From positions 12,416 to 76,415 of IMG/VR virus record IMGVR_UViG_3300025435_000016: a stretch of 64,000 bases of DNA, one strand, 5' to 3'. The stretch's first letter is position 1; every line of letters begins with the position of its first letter. Positions 45,492 to 57,015 of the stretch are shown here, piece after piece. The notes beneath the pieces are model-generated. The model was not told the origin of the DNA and ran no database searches. It saw nothing but the letters and a program-made list of their open reading frames with translations. Origin of the DNA: a virus. The translations under genes and the position numbers were made by a program.

Positions 45492-47432
45492 ATGCCTGGT
45501 AAAATATTAAATTTCCTATCTGTAGCACCGACTCTAGATGGGATAACATATGATTTAACTCAAGGGGATCCGTTTCATTTTTATCAACCCTCTGGTTCAC
45601 CTCCTACTTATATTCAACCGGGATTTACGTCCTTTGCTTTTGGAAGCGCTAATAAAGGGTTTATACCTTCTTATTTTGTACCTGGTGGTGATGACGGTAT
45701 GCCGTATCCCTATCTTCGTTTAAATAATGATCCATCTGGTAATGGATCTTCACCGTACGGTGCTGGGAGTGATTTGGTTGGGTTCGATTTACCTGTGGTG
45801 CAACCTAGTTCTGATAGTTATACAATGAGTTTAGCTACAGATTTTAGATTTTATCAAAATGCTGGTGATGCGGACATGCTAGGATTGTATTTACTCGATA
45901 CTTCCTATCACGGTAATTCCGGTCCAATGAATAATACAACTTATAATTGGTTTGATGCTACAGGTGGCAATTATTCGCATGGGTATAGTACAGCATCATG
46001 TGTACCGGCCTCTATAACAGTAGCTCTTCAAACTTATTATGCACCGGGTATATTTGTTTATTATAAGGATAAAAATAATAATGTTGTTACATTACTCGCT
46101 ACTGCTGTTCCTTCATCTCTTTTTCCCTTTAGTATACTCGATGGTTCATCTCATAGATTTTTAGCTAATTTTGTAATAAGTGGAACTACATTAACAACAT
46201 ATATATCAGTCATTCGATATGTATATGGGACCCAAGCTAATACAAATAGTATAACAAATAATTACTGGAATAAGGTTACCCCTACTGTGTATACAGCTTA
46301 TAATGTCGTAACAAATAGCGCTATAAGTGCTTTTTCTCCTCGTCTTATGGTTGGTGGATGGTCAGGAAGCGGATACTGGGATACAAAAGATATTAGTAAC
46401 GTGTCATTTAGTGTTAATAAACAATTAAACACATCAAAGACTAGATTTTTAACAAATAAAAAAACTAGCACATACGGCACCTCGAGTACAAAAATTATTA
46501 GTAACAATTCTTCGAGAATACCATCAAATACTCTTATTACACTGCAAGCCATTGCTGCTGGAGGAGGGGGAGGTGGCGGAGCAGGTGTCGGTGGTGGTGG
46601 AGGAGCTGGCGGATTTATACGAAAGATTTACAGCGGTCTTAAACCAGGTCAAGTGATTCCAATAGCTGTCGGTGCAGGTGGAGCCAGTGGTACCGGAACT
46701 GGTTCTACCGGTGGTACGACACGTGTTTTTGATCTATCAGCTTTTGGTGGCGGCGGAGGCGGAAGTACACAGGGTCCAACAATTTCCGGTCTTGCGGGTT
46801 CATCAGGAGGCGGCGCTGGGCCTGGTCTCTATACGATTGGGCAGAATTTTTACGTATATCAAGGAGGAAGTGCTATACCGTATCTCAATTACGAATATCA
46901 AGTAGGTGGTAACGGTGGTCAAGGTGCCTTCGGTAATCCTCAATCCGGTGGCGGAGGCGGTGGTTGGTACGGACCAGGAGGCAGTGGTACTACTTCTAGG
47001 GGCGGGGCAGGTGGCAATGCATATCCGTTTTTACAGGATCTCTATAATGAGTTTAATTTCGACGGTCTCGGTGGTGGCGGCGGCGGTGGTGGATCGTACA
47101 ATGGCAATCTTGCCGCTGACGGCGGAAGTAGTCAGGGCGGTGGTGGTGGCGGTGGTGGTGTTAATATAAGTATTCCTCTCTTTGGTAGTACCGCTGTTAT
47201 TACACCGTATGGCGCCGGTAACGGTATTCAAAATACATCAGGAGGAGGCGGTGGTGGTGCTGGTTATACTGGATACACTACAGGTGGTAACGGTGGTTCG
47301 GGATTTGCTTGTATTATTGTACCTACGGTACAGTATTCTGGTGTATATACGGGGACACCAACTATATCACAAAGCAGTGATGGTGTATATACGATGTTAT
47401 TGTTTAGATCTCTTGGATCCTATACAACATAG
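45492..47432 (+). CDS. Lectin-like plus glycine-rich domain virion protein
   Basis: N-terminal beta-sandwich-like region; C-terminal AIAAGGGGG...GGSG domain. Confidence 0.65.
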   Translation: MPGKILNFLSVAPTLDGITYDLTQGDPFHFYQPSGSPPTYIQPGFTSFAFGSANKGFIPSYFVPGGDDGMPYPYLRLNNDPSGNGSSPYGAGSDLVGFDLPVVQPSSDSYTMSLATDFRFYQNAGDADMLGLYLLDTSYHGNSGPMNNTTYNWFDATGGNYSHGYSTASCVPASITVALQTYYAPGIFVYYKDKNNNVVTLLATAVPSSLFPFSILDGSSHRFLANFVISGTTLTTYISVIRYVYGTQANTNSITNNYWNKVTPTVYTAYNVVTNSAISAFSPRLMVGGWSGSGYWDTKDISNVSFSVNKQLNTSKTRFLTNKKTSTYGTSSTKIISNNSSRIPSNTLITLQAIAAGGGGGGGAGVGGGGGAGGFIRKIYSGLKPGQVIPIAVGAGGASGTGTGSTGGTTRVFDLSAFGGGGGGSTQGPTISGLAGSSGGGAGPGLYTIGQNFYVYQGGSAIPYLNYEYQVGGNGGQGAFGNPQSGGGGGGWYGPGGSGTTSRGGAGGNAYPFLQDLYNEFNFDGLGGGGGGGGSYNGNLAADGGSSQGGGGGGGGVNISIPLFGSTAVITPYGAGNGIQNTSGGGGGGAGYTGYTTGGNGGSGFACIIVPTVQYSGVYTGTPTISQSSDGVYTMLLFRSLGSYTT

Positions 47433-47449
47433 AGATAATTATATAATAT

Positions 47450-47815
47450 ATGAGTCATTTTGCCCAGGTTATAGACGGTGTCGTTCAGCAGGTGATAGTT
47501 GCCGAACAGGATCAAATTGATCTATTAATGTCTGATCCAGAAAATTGGATACAAACATCTTATAATACATTAGGTAATGTTCACCTATTATCAGCTGACG
47601 GTGGTATTGCATTGAGAGGTAATTTTGCCGGTATTGGTTATATCTATGATAAAGATTTAGATGTCTTTTACCCGCCATCTCCCGGTTCTAAGTATATTTT
47701 AGATACAGAGACATATACATGGAAAAAGAACGTAACTCCATTATATCCGCATCCTAATGATGGACATCAATATGAATGGAATGATGAAACAAATACCTGG
47801 ACATTTATACAATAA
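47450..47815 (+). CDS. Conserved small phage protein accompanying Gly-rich fibre genes
   Basis: MSHFAQV...WIQTSYN...RGNFAGIGY.YD...D.F.PP.P...W.E....W. Confidence 0.7.
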   Translation: MSHFAQVIDGVVQQVIVAEQDQIDLLMSDPENWIQTSYNTLGNVHLLSADGGIALRGNFAGIGYIYDKDLDVFYPPSPGSKYILDTETYTWKKNVTPLYPHPNDGHQYEWNDETNTWTFIQ

Positions 47816-47856
47816 AGGTATCTTGTAGTTAAAAAACTTTCCATTAAATAATTACT

Positions 47857-49266
47857 GTGAAGTCCTATACAGTAACTTTATCTTCATCTCAACCCTTTGC
47901 ATCTCCTGTTGTTCTAGATCACTATCTATTTTTAGATCCTACATCGGGATCAAATTTCGTGTACCCAAATTCTGCTTGGGGTACAGATTATTTTTATACG
48001 TCTGGTGTACCAACGGTTACAGCAAATGGAGATATCTTTACACCTTGGGGATACCAAGTTCAAGACATTTATATAAACTATAGTGTAGGTCCGCTTAAGG
48101 GTCCGTATACAGTTAATTTTTCACCTACTACACTCGATATAAGTACTTACGCAATATCTGAAATTAATTATAATTTTGGTGACGGTAGCCCAGAGGTATC
48201 GATAACACGTAATCTAAACCCCACATATACGCAAGGTCAAGCACTCAGCGCTGTCCCGGATCCAAACTCTGTAATTGTTAGTAATAACTATTACCCGTTA
48301 AGCAATATTGGATTAACCCTTTACTACCCATCGGTTACGGCAATTTATAGTAATCTCTCTAGATACATCTTTAACATAACGTTATCTTCTGTTCCTACCT
48401 CTATATACGACTTTACAGATATTCATCTTATTAACAGTACCCAACAATTATCCTCTACGGAAACGCAAAATATCTTTGAGATTGAGAATCCAAATTATTT
48501 GACTGTAAGTAGGGTTCTTAGCACATCTATTCCCGTCTATACTCCTGCTGTTCCATTCTATCCTACTTCACTTAGTGGTTTAGCTCTATGGTTAGATGCA
48601 TCTGACGCGCTAACAGTGTTTAGACAAAATATTAAAAACATAAGTTATGTAGTAGCATGGAATGATAAGAGCGGAAACGGTAATAACTTCATTGCATATA
48701 ACAATCCAACTTACAAATACCCAAGACAGAGTCTAGGGTTAAGAAGTATAGAACTTGCAGGGGGTTCATATTTTAGTATACCTTCTCTTTCAAGCTCATC
48801 ACTCGGTCAGGGGTATTCTTTATTTGTAATTGCAAGAATGAGAACACCAGGTGGTACTCTATTCTCAAACGATATTAATACTAATACTTCTAATATTAAT
48901 GTATCTATTAGTGGTGTTGCTCCGTATGCGCTTGTAGTAAAACAAGGTAGTTCAACACCAAGTACAGTAATTAGTAATATTTCTTACAACCTCTCCGGTT
49001 ATAGTCTATTTTCAACAACATTAAATAACGCAAATGCGTATATTACAGCAGATTCATTAATCATTCAACGTGCTAATCAAAACTATGTATATTTTCCGAA
49101 TAATACATCAACTGCCTATATTGGTTCAGATAGTAATGGTAATTCACTAGCGGGTACGTACATTTCAGAAGTTATATTATATAACACCCCGCTTACCCCG
49201 ACACAGGTACAAGCTGTAGAACAGTATCTTATCAATAAATGGAGCTTAACACTCCAAACAAACTAG
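47857..49266 (+). CDS. Virion protein with PKD-like and LamG-like domains
   Basis: YNFGDGS; LALWLDASD...WNDKSGNGN...ISEVILYN..LT...VEQYL..KW. Confidence 0.7.
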   Translation: MKSYTVTLSSSQPFASPVVLDHYLFLDPTSGSNFVYPNSAWGTDYFYTSGVPTVTANGDIFTPWGYQVQDIYINYSVGPLKGPYTVNFSPTTLDISTYAISEINYNFGDGSPEVSITRNLNPTYTQGQALSAVPDPNSVIVSNNYYPLSNIGLTLYYPSVTAIYSNLSRYIFNITLSSVPTSIYDFTDIHLINSTQQLSSTETQNIFEIENPNYLTVSRVLSTSIPVYTPAVPFYPTSLSGLALWLDASDALTVFRQNIKNISYVVAWNDKSGNGNNFIAYNNPTYKYPRQSLGLRSIELAGGSYFSIPSLSSSSLGQGYSLFVIARMRTPGGTLFSNDINTNTSNINVSISGVAPYALVVKQGSSTPSTVISNISYNLSGYSLFSTTLNNANAYITADSLIIQRANQNYVYFPNNTSTAYIGSDSNGNSLAGTYISEVILYNTPLTPTQVQAVEQYLINKWSLTLQTN

Positions 49267-49297
49267 TGTACGCTTAGAAGCGTTAATAAATAAAGAC

Positions 49298-52200
49298 ATG
49301 GAGGTTATTTCTCTTAATTCAGCTAATTTTATCGGCCTATCGTCGAATTATAGTCCTGATTCTTCTCTATCTTTTAATCAGCAAATTTATTACACTGAAC
49401 AAGGTACAGCTTTTCCTGTCTCACAAGCTCTAATGCTGCCTAACGATAGCTCAACTAATAATTATTCTAATCTTTTCTTAACCTCACTACAGCCCCTATC
49501 CAGTGTTGTATCTATCAATAATTTACAGCCAATAACCGATGATGGGTTCACCACATACCTTGCTCTTTACAGCTTAAACGGCATTAATCCGTCTACATCC
49601 TTATTTATGAACGTACAGGAACCTGCAAATGCAGTGTCTGTCGCTAATATTTCACTCTCAAGTAACGTACTTAGTAATATTGATAACACATATATGTTCA
49701 CTATTAAATTCTATAGTGATGTACTGTGTAAGGTTGAGCATGTTAATGCATATGTTACCCGGTATCTAACAATTGGTTCAGATGCATCGTTGTATTTTGC
49801 GTTCGATACAGGTACCGATTATCTTGGTGACCGTAGTCCACAATTATTCAATTATACCTACGACCGTATTAACAACTGCATTGTTTTTTCAAAGAGATTA
49901 CAGGATATCTCATATACTATTGCTAATACTAGTTCCGGTCTTGCAGCGATACAAATAAGTACTGGTCCTTATCCTTATCTACCTAGCTCTATTTGGTCAT
50001 GTGCCTTAAGACCGCAAGAGCCAAACGATACTCTTCTCTACGATCCCTGGGTAAGCTATAATAAGAATACTGCAACTAATACACAAGACATTAACCTTAG
50101 TAGAACGGTTTCAAATATTAATTCTAATCTACTAATTAATAGTCAATACCTTTCTTTAACTGGTACTGCTCTTGACGTAAACGCGTTATCCTTAAAAAAT
50201 ACAAACACACCTGAAAATTATCAATCAAGAAATAATCCGTTTCAAGCAAATAAGTCACAGTTTTTATCGGAAAATGAAGTAGAGTTTAGAGATTATAAAA
50301 GACTCTTTACTGGGTCCAATCAAGCTCTCGGTAACGATAATATTACAATGGGGTATGAAGCATATACAACGGATATAGTCTTACCTAAAGATGCTGTAAC
50401 ATATTTTCACGTTCCACAAATTATCTACCCATTTAAAGAAATTAATATTAATGACTCTGGCTTGATACAAGCTGGAGCTATAGCAGGTGATCACCCGGTA
50501 AAATCGGATAAAATCTTTAAAAAACTCGCTGATGCTAAATATACTTCACCATTTGGCAGTGCCACAGATAATGAATTAAATGGTTCGTTCCTATGTAGCT
50601 GGCTTTCTGGTAGTTCTGATATTACCGTAGCTCCTATTTGGGTTGATAGGTACTATAACCCGTCAAAAGTGACATTCATAACTGCCCTTACAACCCGTTC
50701 CTTACACGCAAATACATATAGCACTGTTTTCGATGGGTTTGTTCAAGCTGCTGGTACACCGCCAAGTACTGATGAAGTGTTTGACGTTCCCTCTGATCTT
50801 ACTTTTGAACCGGGGTGTTATTATGCTTATCATCACTACGGTCCGAGTGACGTTCAAAAGTATATTGATATCTTTACCCCATATCTCATAGAGCAAGATT
50901 TTCCAAATTATTATTCAAGTCTTTCAAACTCAAGTCTGCAACAGCCGCTAACTAATGAATACGATTTTAGTGATGGTACAAAATACGCTATAACGAATTC
51001 ATTGTCTAGTATCCAGGACACAAATCAATTTACAATGTGTTTTGATTTACATAATAGTGATTGGTCAAAACCGTTTGGTAGTCAAGTTATCGGTAATCTA
51101 TTAAACGACGGATTCGGTATCTTTAATGAAAATATTAATACACCGACCATATTTGTACGATCAATATCCGGTACGTCGGCAGGTCTTACTATTTTAAATA
51201 CGGATTTTACAACACTTAAATCTGTGATATACCCATCCACCTACCAACCGTTAGCTTATATTAGAGGTCGATTTGGTAGTAACTACTCAGCTATTTTTAG
51301 CGATAATAACGTAAGACAATATTCTTGCGATGATAAACTATTAAGACAGACATATTCACCATATCTCTCTACATATACTTCGTATACAAATACAGATAGT
51401 ACAGCTTATATTATATGTTCAGGGGCATCACAGTTTACACTTCTTTCTCTGGATTTAGTTAGTAATATCATAACTAGAATTACAAATGCACAGAATTTCT
51501 ATTATGCGCCAAATACAGCAGGTAATAATGCAACAACAATAAACTATTATAATAGTGGATTCTATTTTACAAACGGCACTATATCAAGACGAGTCAACGA
51601 TACCCTCTATTATCTTACAGACAATAATACATCTATTATTAAATGGGGTAAACTCGGCACCTCAAATACAACAACGACAACGGCATTTAAAATAAGCGGG
51701 ACAAATACGTTTGTTGATTTTAATATCGATTATGACGGTAATATTTGGATTATTAATAGTAATAATAGTTATTACAAATATACACAAAATAATGTCTATC
51801 TGTTATCTGGTACCCTTACCTCGAATACTCAATTAACAACAACAATTAACCTAACCGGTAACGGTGCAACAACTGTTGTCAATCTATCTACAACTGCGAC
51901 TCCTAATAATATTGTCATAAACATTAATAATTCCACTCTAAGACAATCGTTTGATTATAGTCTTAGTGGTAATCGTATAGTATTTTCAAGTCCTCTTGTA
52001 AACGGAGCTATAGGTAATATAACATACAATACAACGCAAGATACTTTTAGTAACTATAAGGTAAGTTTTATATCGGAATTCAATAATGGCGCGTATTACA
52101 CCAATACACTTTTTGCTCGTACCGGGTATAAAACACCTCCCCAGACGAGTACCACACCGAGTATATCCACTCAAGCATATCAATTTGTATATGTAGATAC

Positions 52201-52933
52201 AAACGGTAATCCTCTATCAAGTACAATATATTATTCTGCTACCGGTGTACTTTCACTTACAAATACCAATTATTTGAGAGAATTTGTACAGGGCACGTAT
52301 CCTGCTTCAAATTTAAATATCAAAGCTATAACAACGAATATTTATAATAGTGCAGATGTGTCCACAAGTGAGATTATATACAATCTATCAGCTTTAGATC
52401 CTGGTTATCATCATTTTGCTATTAGATTTGACGCATATCACGGGTATATGACCCTCTTCATTGATGCGCAAGTTGCTGGTAGCGTACAATTTACCCCGCG
52501 TAAATATAAATTCAGTAATTTAATCTATAGACCGTTCCTAATTGGATCTGCATGCTTTAATAATTCAACACCTCTATACAAATACCTTAAAAAGAATTCT
52601 TATTTAACAGAAAATATAAAAATTAGAAATTTCTACCTCTACGATACACCACTTAACGACTATGATATCATCATGCATGCACGTCAAAGCAGAGATATTC
52701 AAGATATACACTTTGATGTTTCGTGCGGTAGGAGGAATTATCTTGAAGAAATCGAACGCTACTTTAAAGCATCGCTACCTGGTACAAAATCAACACTTTA
52801 TAATACCGTTATCCGTAATACAGGTATTACTGACCCTGGTCTTCAACAGTCACTTGAAAAAACTATTGCCCGGGTATTAGCCAACTCGGCACCAGCATTT
52901 ACCAAATTAAATACGGTAAAGTGGATAAATTAA
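49298..52933 (+). CDS. Large virion/baseplate-associated protein with a C-terminal LamG-like region
   Basis: 1211 aa; YHHFAIRFD...LFID...IG...YD.PL. Confidence 0.6.
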   Translation: MEVISLNSANFIGLSSNYSPDSSLSFNQQIYYTEQGTAFPVSQALMLPNDSSTNNYSNLFLTSLQPLSSVVSINNLQPITDDGFTTYLALYSLNGINPSTSLFMNVQEPANAVSVANISLSSNVLSNIDNTYMFTIKFYSDVLCKVEHVNAYVTRYLTIGSDASLYFAFDTGTDYLGDRSPQLFNYTYDRINNCIVFSKRLQDISYTIANTSSGLAAIQISTGPYPYLPSSIWSCALRPQEPNDTLLYDPWVSYNKNTATNTQDINLSRTVSNINSNLLINSQYLSLTGTALDVNALSLKNTNTPENYQSRNNPFQANKSQFLSENEVEFRDYKRLFTGSNQALGNDNITMGYEAYTTDIVLPKDAVTYFHVPQIIYPFKEININDSGLIQAGAIAGDHPVKSDKIFKKLADAKYTSPFGSATDNELNGSFLCSWLSGSSDITVAPIWVDRYYNPSKVTFITALTTRSLHANTYSTVFDGFVQAAGTPPSTDEVFDVPSDLTFEPGCYYAYHHYGPSDVQKYIDIFTPYLIEQDFPNYYSSLSNSSLQQPLTNEYDFSDGTKYAITNSLSSIQDTNQFTMCFDLHNSDWSKPFGSQVIGNLLNDGFGIFNENINTPTIFVRSISGTSAGLTILNTDFTTLKSVIYPSTYQPLAYIRGRFGSNYSAIFSDNNVRQYSCDDKLLRQTYSPYLSTYTSYTNTDSTAYIICSGASQFTLLSLDLVSNIITRITNAQNFYYAPNTAGNNATTINYYNSGFYFTNGTISRRVNDTLYYLTDNNTSIIKWGKLGTSNTTTTTAFKISGTNTFVDFNIDYDGNIWIINSNNSYYKYTQNNVYLLSGTLTSNTQLTTTINLTGNGATTVVNLSTTATPNNIVININNSTLRQSFDYSLSGNRIVFSSPLVNGAIGNITYNTTQDTFSNYKVSFISEFNNGAYYTNTLFARTGYKTPPQTSTTPSISTQAYQFVYVDTNGNPLSSTIYYSATGVLSLTNTNYLREFVQGTYPASNLNIKAITTNIYNSADVSTSEIIYNLSALDPGYHHFAIRFDAYHGYMTLFIDAQVAGSVQFTPRKYKFSNLIYRPFLIGSACFNNSTPLYKYLKKNSYLTENIKIRNFYLYDTPLNDYDIIMHARQSRDIQDIHFDVSCGRRNYLEEIERYFKASLPGTKSTLYNTVIRNTGITDPGLQQSLEKTIARVLANSAPAFTKLNTVKWIN

Positions 52934-52937
52934 ACTA

Positions 52938-54578
52938 ATGAATATTAACGATATCATAACTCAACAAGGAATAATCTACGATCGTTATCTTGGATCTACA
53001 CTTTCTTTACCTTATTCGAGTTTTGATACAATAAAAATTCAGCCTAACGAGACGGTTACAAATTATAATATCAATAATATTATTAGTAGGTTATATTCTA
53101 ACTATCTCTATTTGTATAAATCATCACACGTTGCTTCAAACATTATTCCTTTAAATTTACTTACAACAGCCGGTGTATCGGGTAATAGTTTGTCCTGTAT
53201 ATGGTATCAAGGGTTAAGTTCAAATCAATTCACTCCGTTATCATCTATTGGTTATAATATTGATACAAGTAATGTGTTGTCTGTACAATATAATAACATT
53301 TTAAATCAATACGTTATCTTTACATCAACAGGAAAGTCATTATTAATCTTTAATTGTAATCAATCATCTATTAATACCCCTAATACTTTTTCTTTGGCTT
53401 TAAGTACAAATCAGATTTACTCAGGATCCAATATTAACTGGCAGCAAATACAGGATATTACCTTTGGTGATAATAATCAGATGTATGTATTAGATTTAAG
53501 TGCTAATATAGTAACGTTATTTGATGCATCAGGGTTTTTAACTGATAATAATGTATTACAAAACATACTCGTCTATCAAAATAGTGTAGGAGGGTTAGGC
53601 TCGTTTACTGATGATACGAAATTTAACGCACCAAATAGTATTATGTATTATAACTCCCAGCTCTATGTTTTAGATGCTGGGAATAGTTGTATTAAAAAGT
53701 TTGATAAAAATTTAAACTGGTTACTTACTTACAGACTCTTTAAGGATTTTCTTTCTGCCGGTCCTATTCAAATAAATTACGACTACAACGATAATATCTA
53801 TGTCTTGAACAATAATTGGACAGCGTACAAGTATAATACTGACTTTACTTCAAAGCAAATCCTCGACTTTACTCCGCTTTCCGGACTAGGAGGTAAAGGC
53901 GAAACATTAACGCGTATTGTATTTTCAACATCTGATGCGAATGTCTTCTATCTTATAACAAATAAGAACGTTTACAAAAAATTAGTTGACTACCCTGATG
54001 ATACTGTAGGTAGATATCTATTATCTAACTTTAATATTGTAAGTGGTGAACAAATTACAGCATTCAGTACACTCTCTACAACTAATAACGGTGTAAATTA
54101 CGATTATAATTTCACTCTAAGTAATTATAATAACGCAGGTAAGATTAATCTATTTGAAGATAATCTTAATGTAACAACGATTCTAACAAATGACGTTTTT
54201 GATGTATATCCATTGAGTGCCATTACAATATCACCTGATGAATATCTTCAAAATTGGGTTATCAATAAATCAATCTCCAAGCTCTTAATCAACCATATGA
54301 GATTGCGTGATAATATTTCAAGTAAGTTCCTCTATCAACAGTCTAATTTAGGAGATGTATTGTTAGCTGGTAGTCGATATCTTCTTCCAAATGAACTTCA
54401 AAATATTTACTTTCAACAGGATATTACAAACTTTATTGGAGCTAATGAAATATTTCAGAATAATATTATTAATAGACCGTTTGAAATAATCTTCAATATC
54501 CAGACTAATCTGCTGTCTGCTTTAGCCCCTGATGTTAAAAACTACTACGCAGTTCCCCAAATAGTGTATTTGACTTAA
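52938..54578 (+). CDS. Beta-propeller (NHL-like) virion protein
   Basis: KFNAPNSI...LYVLDAGNSCIKKFD repeats. Confidence 0.6.
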   Translation: MNINDIITQQGIIYDRYLGSTLSLPYSSFDTIKIQPNETVTNYNINNIISRLYSNYLYLYKSSHVASNIIPLNLLTTAGVSGNSLSCIWYQGLSSNQFTPLSSIGYNIDTSNVLSVQYNNILNQYVIFTSTGKSLLIFNCNQSSINTPNTFSLALSTNQIYSGSNINWQQIQDITFGDNNQMYVLDLSANIVTLFDASGFLTDNNVLQNILVYQNSVGGLGSFTDDTKFNAPNSIMYYNSQLYVLDAGNSCIKKFDKNLNWLLTYRLFKDFLSAGPIQINYDYNDNIYVLNNNWTAYKYNTDFTSKQILDFTPLSGLGGKGETLTRIVFSTSDANVFYLITNKNVYKKLVDYPDDTVGRYLLSNFNIVSGEQITAFSTLSTTNNGVNYDYNFTLSNYNNAGKINLFEDNLNVTTILTNDVFDVYPLSAITISPDEYLQNWVINKSISKLLINHMRLRDNISSKFLYQQSNLGDVLLAGSRYLLPNELQNIYFQQDITNFIGANEIFQNNIINRPFEIIFNIQTNLLSALAPDVKNYYAVPQIVYLT

Positions 54579-54611
54579 TTGATTTTATAACTTCAACATT
54601 AAATACTCATA

Positions 54612-57005
54612 ATGGGAAATCTATTACAGCAAATTACATCGGATACCGTTGTTAAACTTCTACTTAGAAGAGGTCAAGAATCTGATCGAAAGAATGTAGT
54701 TCTTACATCAGGTGAGCTCGGTTATACTGTTGATGGTAAGCGTGTATTCGTCGGTGATGGTGTTACACAAGGCGGTAACCTTGTTGGTAATTTAAATTTC
54801 GGTGTACAGCAAAATATTAATAACTTCATCGGTGTAGCTCAGCCAGGTGACTTTATTTTTCAAAGCTTTGATAACAATAATATTCCTGATAATGTTCTTT
54901 ACATGTTTAGCAATAATCAATGGCAAGCTGTACACCCAACATATGGCCCGGCGTTTACATATAATAACACATTTGATGCATCTCGTACCGGTACTCTTGA
55001 CTTCAACCCACAATATTTTTATCTAAACACGGTAACAGGTAATTTTGGCGTTGGTACTGATGTACCCGGAGCTAAATTAACTGTCGCTGGTGGTATTAGT
55101 GCTCAAAAAAACGTCACATTACCAAATTTACCTACAATTACTACTGATGCTACTAACAAGTTATATGTTGATCAGGCCATAGCTACAGCTTTTGGTACAG
55201 GTGGTTTCGGTATATTCTTGCCTTTATCCGGTGGTATAATGACTGGTGGTATTCAAATGAATACTAATGCTATATCTGCTACCAATGTACCAAATACAGG
55301 AGTTGAATTAGCTAATAAGAATTATATTGATGGTCAGATAACCAACTTAAACAATACTATTGGTGCTACCTTTTTACATCTTTCGGGTGGTATAATGACT
55401 GGTGGTATTCAAATGAATACTAATGCTATATCTGCTACCAATGTACCAAATACAGGAGTTGAGTTAGCTAATAAAAATTATGTTGATATAGCTGTTGGAA
55501 ATGTTCCGGGTGGTCAGGGTATATTCTTACCTCTTCTAGGTGGTACGATGATTGGTAGTATTCAGATGAATACTAATGCTATTTCAGCTAGCTATACGCC
55601 TACAACAAGCGCACACCTTACAAATAAAGCGTATGTCGATAAGGCTGTTGCTGGCGGACCTTATTTACCTCTCACCGGTGGTACGATGACTGGTAGTATT
55701 CAGATGAATACTAATGCTATTTCAGCTAGTTATACACCTACAACAAGCGTGCACCTTACAAATAAAGCGTATGTTGATAATACTATTCTTGCTAACAGAG
55801 GCGGTGCTTATGTACCGCTCTCAGGTAATGCTACTATTACGAATCCGTTATCTGTTGTAACAAATAACGCTGGTGGTCTTCAAATTACAAGTAGCTCCAC
55901 TAATACACTATACACTCTTTTGCAAGTCAATGATACTATCGGTAATACGGATGGTCTCGTTGTTAAAAACAATGGTAATGTGGCACTGGGTAGCAGAAAT
56001 GTTATTAATGGTATTACTAACGCAACTCTCACTGTCGGCGGAACAATTAGCGCATCAAATAACGTTACAGCTTCGAGATTCTTTGTTACAACGGCATTCC
56101 CTGTTCTATCATCTGAGCTCACTAGTAAATATTACGTGGATCAGTACGCTGGTCAAGGGTATACATTAGGACCTGGAGATGGTATTAATACAGCAGCTAT
56201 TTTTGGTAGTCCCGCGGGTAATTATACATCTGTAAACGGTAGAAACGCCTTAGAATTTAGAACATTAAGTGCAGGTACCGGTATTTCGATTAATGCATCA
56301 AATAACGTAATCACTCTCTCCAGTCGTGGAGCTGGTATTCAGCCTATCTATACGAGAATACAGGGTGACGGTAGAACAACTACCTTCGGTCTACAGGGTG
56401 GTACCTCATTAAGCGCTGCTGCCTATAGAGTGGATATTGACGGCGTTCTTCAAGAACCAACAGTAGATTATACTGTTCCTGCGGCTGCACAGATTCAATT
56501 CACTGTAGCACCATACGATGGTGCAAAGGTAGTTGTTGTATCATACATTACTACGGATTATTATGGTAATCTTGTAATTCCATCGAACGCATATCTTGCT
56601 GTACAGGATTCACCTACGGTCAACCTTACCTATAATTCTAATACCGGTACACTAAGTGCTGATTATATTGGCGGACAACAAGTAACACCCCCTGGAGCTG
56701 TAACATTCTATGCAGGTTCAACAGTACCAAATGGTTGGGTAGCATGTGACGGTAATGCCTATTCAATAGGTAACCCTGGTTCAACATATTATAGTCTCTA
56801 TCAAGCTATTGGAGGCACTTACAGTAATCCAACAGATATTAATGGTGGTAAGTTCAGGGTACCTAATCTTCAGGGTAATTTCATACGTGGCTTTAATCCA
56901 GCCACTGATGGTGGCACGGTAGGTGCTCCTAATACAAAGAACTCTGTAACAGTAGGTGCAGGAACCGGTGTAAGTATTGCTCTGTTAGCCATTATTAAGT
57001 TATAA
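54612..57005 (+). CDS. Tail fibre protein with N-terminal anchoring domain, LPLxGGTMTG repeats and a tail-collar domain
   Basis: LLRRG...GELGYTVD..RVFVGDG; P.GAV...AG...PNGW..CDG...FRVPNLQG.FIRG. Confidence 0.8.
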   Translation: MGNLLQQITSDTVVKLLLRRGQESDRKNVVLTSGELGYTVDGKRVFVGDGVTQGGNLVGNLNFGVQQNINNFIGVAQPGDFIFQSFDNNNIPDNVLYMFSNNQWQAVHPTYGPAFTYNNTFDASRTGTLDFNPQYFYLNTVTGNFGVGTDVPGAKLTVAGGISAQKNVTLPNLPTITTDATNKLYVDQAIATAFGTGGFGIFLPLSGGIMTGGIQMNTNAISATNVPNTGVELANKNYIDGQITNLNNTIGATFLHLSGGIMTGGIQMNTNAISATNVPNTGVELANKNYVDIAVGNVPGGQGIFLPLLGGTMIGSIQMNTNAISASYTPTTSAHLTNKAYVDKAVAGGPYLPLTGGTMTGSIQMNTNAISASYTPTTSVHLTNKAYVDNTILANRGGAYVPLSGNATITNPLSVVTNNAGGLQITSSSTNTLYTLLQVNDTIGNTDGLVVKNNGNVALGSRNVINGITNATLTVGGTISASNNVTASRFFVTTAFPVLSSELTSKYYVDQYAGQGYTLGPGDGINTAAIFGSPAGNYTSVNGRNALEFRTLSAGTGISINASNNVITLSSRGAGIQPIYTRIQGDGRTTTFGLQGGTSLSAAAYRVDIDGVLQEPTVDYTVPAAAQIQFTVAPYDGAKVVVVSYITTDYYGNLVIPSNAYLAVQDSPTVNLTYNSNTGTLSADYIGGQQVTPPGAVTFYAGSTVPNGWVACDGNAYSIGNPGSTYYSLYQAIGGTYSNPTDINGGKFRVPNLQGNFIRGFNPATDGGTVGAPNTKNSVTVGAGTGVSIALLAIIKL
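55230..55780 (+). repeat. Two pairs of near-identical shaft repeats in the tail fibre
   Basis: Identical block of about 77 nt at 55230 and 55386; second near-identical pair near 55540 and 55678. Confidence 0.75.
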
Positions 57006-57015
57006 ATAATGGTGT